Of a DNA stretch of 29,691 bases, positions 15,190 to 22,480 are shown piece after piece. This DNA is from Minisyncoccota bacterium (GTDB lineage Bacteria; Patescibacteriota; Minisyncoccia; Phycocordibacterales; UBA9973), in the NCBI GenBank assembly GCA_036517715.1, contig DATDUL010000066.1, forward strand, positions 1 to 29,691, written 5' to 3'. The position numbers and the translations under genes are program-made. The notes under the pieces are model-generated. The model saw only the letters and a list, made by a program, of their open reading frames with translations, did not search any database and was not told the origin of the DNA. Position 1 is the stretch's first letter. Each line of letters begins with the position of its first letter.

Positions 15190-16185
15190 ATGAAAAATAA
15201 TGCAAAAGCAATAATCGGAATATTTATCGTGGCTTTTCTCGGTGTCTATGTGTATTACATAAACATGGAAAAACCCAAAGATGCGTCGCTACCTGAAGTG
15301 GTGACCACTGATTCTGTTTTAGGTTGTTATGTCGCTAGACTCTCCAAAGACGTCTATGTTTTGAAAATTAATTCTGAAAATTCTGATTCAGTCTCCGGCG
15401 TGCTCGCATTCAACAATTACGAGAAAGACAGCTCCTCGGGAACATTCACTGGTACTTACAAAGATGGAATTCTCCTAGGGGATTACTTTTTTAATTCCGA
15501 GGGCATGGATTCAGAGATGCAGGTAGTCTTCAAAAAAGAAGGTGATACTTTGGTGCGTGGTTTCGGATCGACAAAGCTCGAAGGAAACAAAATCACCTTC
15601 GAAAACTTAGCCGACATTACCTATGACACAAACTCTACATTCAGAAAAGACGCAGATTGCATAGAAACTTTCACTGAAGTTAACAATAAATTCACATTCA
15701 ATCACGACCCTTACTTTAAGGCTTTTGAAAGGAATCAAGCTGAGAATTTACCAGATACTGATTGGCGAGTGAGCGCTAAACAGAAAGGTATGCTTTTAGC
15801 TAGTTTGTTCATTCCGAAAACTTACTTGCCCGGTACGAATTTCTCATATGGCCACATGACCATAGGTGTATCAACTGATCCAAAAGAAATAACGTCCTGT
15901 GCTAGCGCAACAAAAGGTGAAGTCAAAGAAGGAATGACAGATATCAGCGGGTATCCTTTCACCAGATTTACTTCTAGCGATGCTGGAGCGGGTAATTTCG
16001 CTGAGACAGTAAGCTACCGCGGTCTTCTAGACGGGGACTGCTACGCAATAGAATACACAATACGTTCTACCAACATCGATAACTATTCACCAGATCAGAA
16101 CATCAGAGCTTTTGATAAAGCAAAAGTTCAAAACGAATTTGAAAAGATAATCACCAGTTTCAAGTTTCTAGTAAATAGCGACTAA
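15190..16185 (+). CDS. Hypothetical two-domain membrane-anchored extracellular protein, about 331 aa
   Basis: N-terminal TM; beta-domain with CY...V.G.L...EKDSS.G.F.G......Y.F.SEG; C-terminal domain with DAGAGNF.E..SYR...CYAIEY; ATG 15190 preferred over TTG 15184. Confidence 0.75.
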   Translation: MKNNAKAIIGIFIVAFLGVYVYYINMEKPKDASLPEVVTTDSVLGCYVARLSKDVYVLKINSENSDSVSGVLAFNNYEKDSSSGTFTGTYKDGILLGDYFFNSEGMDSEMQVVFKKEGDTLVRGFGSTKLEGNKITFENLADITYDTNSTFRKDADCIETFTEVNNKFTFNHDPYFKAFERNQAENLPDTDWRVSAKQKGMLLASLFIPKTYLPGTNFSYGHMTIGVSTDPKEITSCASATKGEVKEGMTDISGYPFTRFTSSDAGAGNFAETVSYRGLLDGDCYAIEYTIRSTNIDNYSPDQNIRAFDKAKVQNEFEKIITSFKFLVNSD

Positions 16186-16252
16186 AAGTTAGCTAAAGAA
16201 AGGTTTCAAAAATAGTTTGTAACAAAACCTTATACAGGATATACTCTACTTG

Positions 16253-17413
16253 ATGGAAAAGCTTAAGGACACAATGAAAGGAGCCCATAAATCAATACAC
16301 TTTTGGGTTATTTTATTCTTTGCTCTTTTTTTACTTTTTGTTTTTCTGATTGCCCCAGCAACTCTGAGCAACGTATCTTATGAACACGGGGAGGCCTTGG
16401 TCAACAAAGCAGAAGAGAAAATAGAAGAAATAATGAATACCCCAAGTGTCCCGGCATTAGACAAAGAGGACTATGACAGGAGGATGGAAATACTAGCCAA
16501 CAATCCACCACCACCGCAACCGATAGTAAAAAAAGTAAAACAACCTGATGGTACCTTCGTCGAAGAAACAACGACACCTGTAACTCCACCAACAGGTTGG
16601 CCGGTGAAAGCTCCGTATCCAAAAGACGGCGCTATTTTACCTTTCAACCGAGTAGTAGCCTACTATGGTAATTTGTATTCCAAGAAAATGGGTGTACTGG
16701 GGGAGTATCCCGAAGCTGAAATGCTTTCAAAATTAAATGCAGAAGTATTGAAATGGAAAACAGTCGACCCGGAGACTCCGGTTGTTCCAGCGCTTCACTA
16801 CATAGCGGTCGTAGCTCAAGCTTCTGCTGGAGCTGACGGCAAATACCGAGCCCGGATGCCGTACAAAGAAATAGACAAGGTATTGGCTATGGCAGAGAAA
16901 ATTAATGGAATAGTTTTTATCGACATCCAAGTCTCTCTTTCGGATTTACAAAGTGAGCTTCCGTATTTTGAAAAATATTTGAAAATGCCAAATGTGCATC
17001 TGGGCATAGATCCAGAATTTTCCATGAAAACAGGCAAGCGTCCAGGCACGGTTATCGGCACCTTCGATGCAACAGACATCAATTTTGCATCAGAGTATCT
17101 AGCCAACTTAGTAACTGCGAATAACCTACCACCAAAAATACTAGTCATACATCGCTTTACTGAAAAGATGGTAACAAATTATAAAAGCATCAAGCTTCGT
17201 CCAGAAGTTCAAGTGGTGATGGACATGGATGGTTGGGGACACCAAGCGCGCAAGATAAACACCTATAAACAGTTTGTGCAAAAACAACCGGTGCAGTTTG
17301 CTGGATTTAAACTTTTCTATAAAAATGATTTAAAAGAAGAAAACTCACGGATGCTCACACCCGCCGAGTTGCTGGATTTACGCCCATATCCAATTTATAT
17401 TCAATACCAATAG
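16253..17413 (+). CDS. Conserved hypothetical membrane-anchored protein, possible TIM-barrel/glycoside-hydrolase-like fold, about 386 aa
   Basis: N-terminal TM, Pro-rich linker, VVAYYGN..SK.MG.LGE, VFIDIQ, VHLGIDPEF, MDMDGWG, GFKLFYKND motifs; TATACT 7 nt before ATG; function is a guess. Confidence 0.6.
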   Translation: MEKLKDTMKGAHKSIHFWVILFFALFLLFVFLIAPATLSNVSYEHGEALVNKAEEKIEEIMNTPSVPALDKEDYDRRMEILANNPPPPQPIVKKVKQPDGTFVEETTTPVTPPTGWPVKAPYPKDGAILPFNRVVAYYGNLYSKKMGVLGEYPEAEMLSKLNAEVLKWKTVDPETPVVPALHYIAVVAQASAGADGKYRARMPYKEIDKVLAMAEKINGIVFIDIQVSLSDLQSELPYFEKYLKMPNVHLGIDPEFSMKTGKRPGTVIGTFDATDINFASEYLANLVTANNLPPKILVIHRFTEKMVTNYKSIKLRPEVQVVMDMDGWGHQARKINTYKQFVQKQPVQFAGFKLFYKNDLKEENSRMLTPAELLDLRPYPIYIQYQ

Positions 17414-17480
17414 TCTTTGCTATCTCTTTTGTTTTCGACTACAATTAACCTAACAACCTATTATTCATTTGTAAAATTAT

Positions 17481-19697
17481 ATGAAAAAAAATCTTTTTGT
17501 TTTCTTTTTAATGTTCGGGTTTCTAGTATTTAATGTGGCTTTTGGGTATTCAAATGGCACCTTGGACACTTCTTTTGTTTCGGGTTTGGACTCGGGCAGT
17601 GGCGCCAACGGGGTTTATCTGCAGTCGGATGGCAAAGCCATAGTAATAGGTGACTTTGAAAAATATACTAACGTATCGCGTAACCGCATCGCTCGAGTAA
17701 ACTCCGATGGAACCCTCGATACTACTTTCAATCCGGGGACAGGGGCTAACTTTACAGTCATTACAGCTGCTATCCAGTCCGACGGTAAAATAATGATTGG
17801 CGGAAATTTTACTACTTATAATGGCATCTCCCGTAACCGCATCGCGCGAGTAAATTCCGATGGAACACTCGATACTACTTTCAATCCAGGACAGGGTCTA
17901 AATGGCGAGGTTAGAACTGTTTCAGTCCAAGCCGATGGAAAAGTAATCGTAGGTGGAAACTTCAGTACATATGATGGAGACATCGCACAGAAGAATATTC
18001 TCCGTTTAAATAGTGATGGCACTCTAGATTCTTCTTTTCAGACTGGTAGCGGAGCAACGGGCACAATAGATTCTGATACTGCTATAGTGTATGCGAGTTT
18101 GATAGAGCCAAGTGGCAAGATCATTATCGCCGGGGATTTTTATAAATATGACAACACTGTTACCAACCGTATAGCACGACTCAATACTGATGGTACGATA
18201 GACACCACCTTCGTTCCTGGTACTGGTACTAATGGAGGTATTTTGGGTGTAGCTCGTCAATCCGACGGCAAGGTTCTGATAGGTGGTGTGTTCACCACTT
18301 ATAATGGTACTGCTAGAAATAACATCGCCAGACTGAATTCTGACGGTTCACTTGATACTACTTTCAATCCGGGTACAGGAGTTTTGGGAGAAGTGCATCA
18401 TATTTCCCTACAAGCAGACCAAAAGATCATGGTCGCTGGCTATTTTACTAAGTACAACGATGTCGCTAGGAATAATATAGTTCGAGTAAACGCAGACGGT
18501 ACGCTCGATACCAGTTTTAATTCTAGTACCGGAACAAACAGTGCAGTGTTTTCGACAGCGCACCAAACAGATACCAAAATCCTTATTGCTGGTAGATTCA
18601 CTACTTACAATGGTACTAATAGTTTTCATTTAGCTAGGCTGGGGGATACTGTAACTCCACCTCCACCGCCTCCACCCAATACAACACCTGCGCCAACTAC
18701 TGCACCTGACATGACGGCTGCGACCGACACCGGCAGTAGTAATACAGACAACATCACAACGGATGCCACGCCGGATTTTGCAACCACTTGTATTTCAGGA
18801 AGCTTGGTAACTTTGTATATTGATGGAGTTGCAATACCGCAAACAGGATCTTGTGTAAATGGGGTAGCTACAATCACACTCGTTACACCACTCACTACCA
18901 GTAGTCACAATGTTACTTATACTCAAAAGGTTAATAATATCGAGAGTGGATACGCACCAGCCCTGCCTATAGTGATCAGCAATGATGATGCGGGTCCGTT
19001 CATAAATGGAATTAGCATCATCGGTCAAAATGCGAGTTCAACCCCGGCTTATACTTTTACTTCTAGCGAAGCGGGGACAATAATATATGGCGGTGCTTGT
19101 TCTTCCACCACCACGAATGCGAGCTACGGATTTAACAATATAATATTCAAGCCTTTAAACGCTGGGTTGTATACAAACTGTACTATCAAAGTTGTAGATG
19201 CTACGGGCAATATGTCTAATGTTATTACAATCGCCTCGTTTACCGTGACTCAGTCTAATCAACCAAATAATCAAAATCTATCAACAGAAGGTTGTACTGC
19301 TTTTACTGCATACTCTCCTCTGACAGGGAATAAATGTCCGATAGTTAATAATAGTCAAAATACCTTTGTCGATACCAATCCAGTTTTCTGCCCACATTTT
19401 ACTCAATATTTAAAACTTAACTCAAGAGTAAATGACACAAACGAAGCAAAGCGATGGCAAAAGTTTTTGAACGATGATTTAAATGCTGGTTTGGTTATTG
19501 ATGGTAAATTTGGACCTTTGAGTTTTCAAGCTGTAAAGAATTTCCAAGCAAAGTATATTACTGACATACTCCTACCTTGGGGTATTACCACTCCGACTGG
19601 TTACATATATAAATCCACTAGAGCCAAGGCTAACAGTTTGTTCGGTTGCTCCGAGGGTGTTGTAGAGCTTGATAACGGTGTTATTATCAGACGATAG
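17481..19697 (+). CDS. Surface protein: delta-60 (DUF5122-type) beta-propeller + Pro linker + Ig-like domains + peptidoglycan-binding domain, 738 aa
   Basis: Signal peptide; seven (D/N)G(T/S)(L/I)D(T/S)(T/S)F repeats with Q.DGK...GG.F..Y; PPPPPPP linker; DTG.S.TD.IT..ATP Ig motif; C-terminal DG.FGP...AVK.FQ PG-binding motif. Confidence 0.85.
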   Translation: MKKNLFVFFLMFGFLVFNVAFGYSNGTLDTSFVSGLDSGSGANGVYLQSDGKAIVIGDFEKYTNVSRNRIARVNSDGTLDTTFNPGTGANFTVITAAIQSDGKIMIGGNFTTYNGISRNRIARVNSDGTLDTTFNPGQGLNGEVRTVSVQADGKVIVGGNFSTYDGDIAQKNILRLNSDGTLDSSFQTGSGATGTIDSDTAIVYASLIEPSGKIIIAGDFYKYDNTVTNRIARLNTDGTIDTTFVPGTGTNGGILGVARQSDGKVLIGGVFTTYNGTARNNIARLNSDGSLDTTFNPGTGVLGEVHHISLQADQKIMVAGYFTKYNDVARNNIVRVNADGTLDTSFNSSTGTNSAVFSTAHQTDTKILIAGRFTTYNGTNSFHLARLGDTVTPPPPPPPNTTPAPTTAPDMTAATDTGSSNTDNITTDATPDFATTCISGSLVTLYIDGVAIPQTGSCVNGVATITLVTPLTTSSHNVTYTQKVNNIESGYAPALPIVISNDDAGPFINGISIIGQNASSTPAYTFTSSEAGTIIYGGACSSTTTNASYGFNNIIFKPLNAGLYTNCTIKVVDATGNMSNVITIASFTVTQSNQPNNQNLSTEGCTAFTAYSPLTGNKCPIVNNSQNTFVDTNPVFCPHFTQYLKLNSRVNDTNEAKRWQKFLNDDLNAGLVIDGKFGPLSFQAVKNFQAKYITDILLPWGITTPTGYIYKSTRAKANSLFGCSEGVVELDNGVIIRR

Positions 19698-19709
19698 TAT
19701 TTAAATTAA

Positions 19710-20108
19710 ATGGAAAAAAACACCCCTACAAAAGACAAAGAAAACTTTTCCTTGATAGCACGACTTCGTAGCACTAACCATGCCTGGCGGGGGTTGGGTA
19801 TAATGTTTAAAACAACCCACAATGCTTGGGTACATCTATTTTTCGCCGTCGCGGTGATTGTTTTGGGGTATATTTTGTGCATCTCGGCAACAGAATGGCT
19901 TTTTGTTGTTTTGGCTATTGGATTTGTTTTTGTAACTGAAGCTATCAATACCGCGATTGAAATCGATATCGACCTAACTTCTCCCGAATATCATCCATAT
20001 GCTCGAGATACAAAAGACGTCGCCGCCGGAGCTGTTTTGCTGGCAACTTTATTTGCCGCCATAGTTGGGCTTGTTATTTTCCTACCTAAATTGGCCGTAT
20101 TGATTTAG
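19710..20108 (+). CDS. dgkA: Diacylglycerol/undecaprenol kinase (DgkA family), 132 aa
   Basis: HAW.G, E..NTAIE...D......H.....KDVAAGAVL. Confidence 0.9.
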   Translation: MEKNTPTKDKENFSLIARLRSTNHAWRGLGIMFKTTHNAWVHLFFAVAVIVLGYILCISATEWLFVVLAIGFVFVTEAINTAIEIDIDLTSPEYHPYARDTKDVAAGAVLLATLFAAIVGLVIFLPKLAVLI

Positions 20109-20136
20109 TTCGTGAATATCGGTAGAATCATAATAT

Positions 20137-20556
20137 ATGAAAAACATGAACATGAATGTAAAAATCTTTATTGGAGTAATACTAGTTTTGATTGTTGGTA
20201 CTATAGTTTCCGTGGTTTCTGGGGTCGGAATGGGTTCCAAGACAAATGGTCCTGGTAAATATGACGAATTTGCTATGTGTATAAAGGACAAGGGTGCAGT
20301 GTTCTATGGCGCTTTCTGGTGTCCTCACTGTCAGGCTCAAAAGAAACTTTTTGGATCTTCTGCCAAATTACTGCCGTATGTTGAATGTTCAACTCCAGAC
20401 GGTAACTCTCAGGTTCAAATTTGTATGGATAAAAACATAGAAGGTTATCCAACCTGGGAATTCGCAGACGGTTCTCGCATAAACGGGGAAGCAACCTTTG
20501 AAGCTTTAGCTGAAAAAACAGGTTGTGTAATACCCGCAGAAACACCTGCGGAATAA
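20137..20556 (+). CDS. Membrane-anchored thioredoxin-like protein with CPHC (DsbA-role candidate), 139 aa
   Basis: N-terminal TM; FYGAFWCPHCQAQKKLFG, LPYVECS...C....I.GYPTW. Confidence 0.85.
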   Translation: MKNMNMNVKIFIGVILVLIVGTIVSVVSGVGMGSKTNGPGKYDEFAMCIKDKGAVFYGAFWCPHCQAQKKLFGSSAKLLPYVECSTPDGNSQVQICMDKNIEGYPTWEFADGSRINGEATFEALAEKTGCVIPAETPAE

Positions 20557-20557
20557 T

Positions 20558-21103
20558 ATGAGCTACGAAACAATACATTATTTTAACTTAGTACTTGGAG
20601 TAGGAGCTATAATCCTGGTAATTATTTCTTTTGTAACATTTTTTGTATTGTTCTTTGGTCCCAAAAAGAATAAATTTCTGGGATTCATCGACAAGCATTT
20701 CTTGGAAATTGGTTTTCTGATTTCTCTGTCAGGAACGATTTTTTCTTTGATATATTCTGAGGTGATCAACTTTGCTCCGTGTTATCTGTGCTGGTGGGCA
20801 CGTATTTTCTTGTATCCGCAAGTCGTACTTTTTGGTATGGCTCTTTGGTCACGAGATAGAAAGGTAATACACTACGTTATCCCACTTCTTTTTCTAGGTT
20901 TTCTTTTGTCGGTCTACCACAACCTAATGTATTATTTCGCTGATACTGGTAACCTGCCTTGTGATGCTTCTGGAGTATCATGCTACCAACAACTAGTATA
21001 CGAATTCGGAGGATTAATCTCGATCCCGACCCTTTCTCTGGCAGCGCTTATGGGACTACTTATGGTAGTCGTCGTGGCACACTTCTATGGAAAGCGTGAC
21101 TAG
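20558..21103 (+). CDS. dsbB: Disulfide bond formation protein B (DsbB/BdbC family), 181 aa
   Basis: APCYLCWWARIFLYP CxxC, second Cys pair PCDASGVSC, four to five TM helices. Confidence 0.85.
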   Translation: MSYETIHYFNLVLGVGAIILVIISFVTFFVLFFGPKKNKFLGFIDKHFLEIGFLISLSGTIFSLIYSEVINFAPCYLCWWARIFLYPQVVLFGMALWSRDRKVIHYVIPLLFLGFLLSVYHNLMYYFADTGNLPCDASGVSCYQQLVYEFGGLISIPTLSLAALMGLLMVVVVAHFYGKRD

Positions 21104-21109
21104 AATAAA

Positions 21110-21760
21110 ATGCCAAGTTTTTCCAAAAAACAGAAAGAAATTTTCAAGAAATTAAATACCCCTGCCAAAGTTCAAGATTATTTGAATAAATTTCCTTTTA
21201 ATTTTGAAGAAGATGGTAACGATACTATCAAGTCTCCGTACTCTTCGATTGAAACAGGGAGTATCCACTGTTTCGAAGGGGCCCTCTTGGGTGCTTATAT
21301 TCTGTCTTTGCATGGACACATACCCATGGTAATGCATCTCAAGGCTACCAAGAATGATTTTGACCACGTGGTGACACCTTTTCAGGTTGATGGCTACTGG
21401 GGGGCTGTTTCTAAAACCAACCATTATTGTTTACGTTTCCGTGATCCGGTGTATAAAAACATTCGCGAGCTTGCGATGTCGTACTTTCATGAGTATTTTT
21501 TAAATAAAAATGGCGCAAAAACCATGCGTAGTTATTCAAATCCTTTTAACCTAAACAAATTGAAAGTTGATTGGGTGTATACGAAAGAAGACTTGTGGGA
21601 GATAGATGAAGCGCTGGATAAAATAAAGCACCACCAGGTGGTAAACAAAAAACAACTCAAGAATTTACGTCCGACGGATATGATCGAGAGGCAGGCTGGA
21701 AACTTTGTCGACTGGAAACCCAAAAGTAAAAACTTCAAAGACCCCAACTTGAGCAACTAA
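21110..21760 (+). CDS. Hypothetical transglutaminase/papain-like fold protein, 216 aa
   Basis: HCFEGALL (Cys), DHVV..F (His), YWGA.SK.N pattern consistent with a Cys-His-Asp/Asn triad. Confidence 0.55.
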   Translation: MPSFSKKQKEIFKKLNTPAKVQDYLNKFPFNFEEDGNDTIKSPYSSIETGSIHCFEGALLGAYILSLHGHIPMVMHLKATKNDFDHVVTPFQVDGYWGAVSKTNHYCLRFRDPVYKNIRELAMSYFHEYFLNKNGAKTMRSYSNPFNLNKLKVDWVYTKEDLWEIDEALDKIKHHQVVNKKQLKNLRPTDMIERQAGNFVDWKPKSKNFKDPNLSN

Positions 21761-21767
21761 ATCGTTG

Positions 21768-21776
21768 TGGTAAAAT
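21768..21776 (+). promoter_or_regulatory. Extended -10 promoter TGGTAAAAT, 6 nt before ATG 21783
   Basis: tggtaaaat-aactag-atg. Confidence 0.7.
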
Positions 21777-21782
21777 AACTAG

Positions 21783-22391
21783 ATGTTAAGCCATCCTGGT
21801 AGGTCAATCGTACTAACTCAGATAGTATTTATATTCATCTTACCGATATTGTTACTTTATTTTGGGGTAATAAGCCAAGAGGCTAAATTCTTCTTGCTAG
21901 CAGCGTCTTCGCTTATTATTTACAGCATCGTTCGAGTAGAAAAATGGACTCACCACGACCTGGGACTTAGGACCGATAACATCAAAAGTGGTTGGCCGTA
22001 CTATGCGGCTTCCTCGCTTCTGCTTATTGTTGCTCTGCTTATGTTTGATCATTATTTTGTTACCAGTAACACCCTGACACTTAGAACCATTATTCAGAGA
22101 CTGGTGTTTTTTATCCCGATGTCAGTTTTTCAAGAGTTTGCTTTCTCGGTATTTTTGCTTCAAAGGTTAGCTATACTTCTCAACAAAAAGTCGCTAGTCA
22201 TCCTGGCTAGTGCACTGGTGTTTTCCTTTATGCATATTATTTATGATGTACCACCCCTGGTCATAGTCTTCTCCTTTTTTGGTTCGATGCTGTCTTCAAT
22301 GGTATATTTATATAAGCCCAATTTTCTTTTGGTTTGTATTGCTCATTCCGCGGTAAATATAACCGCGGTGATGTTGGGTTTCTTTATTTAA
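21783..22391 (+). CDS. CPBP (Abi/Rce1-like) intramembrane metalloprotease family, degenerate motif 1, 202 aa
   Basis: Multi-TM; QEFAFS in place of EExxxR, F...H (FSFMH), HxxxN (HSAVN). Confidence 0.75.
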   Translation: MLSHPGRSIVLTQIVFIFILPILLLYFGVISQEAKFFLLAASSLIIYSIVRVEKWTHHDLGLRTDNIKSGWPYYAASSLLLIVALLMFDHYFVTSNTLTLRTIIQRLVFFIPMSVFQEFAFSVFLLQRLAILLNKKSLVILASALVFSFMHIIYDVPPLVIVFSFFGSMLSSMVYLYKPNFLLVCIAHSAVNITAVMLGFFI

Positions 22392-22480
22392 GTGGAAAAA
22401 TATAGCTTGCAGTTGTATTTTTTTGTATATAATATATATGTTTTTCGGTCGTTAATTAATCATTTAAGTACATAAAACAA

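Noticed and set aside
136-16185. Integron cassette array
   Set aside because: No intI; genes alternate strand and have their own promoters; hairpins lack the RYYYAAC...GTTRRRY end arrangement (GTTAAAC at 9828-9834 is at a palindrome centre).
18653-18680. Pro-codon run as a phase-variable simple repeat
   Set aside because: Codons are mixed (cca, cct, ccg, ccc), so it is a protein linker rather than a slippage tract.
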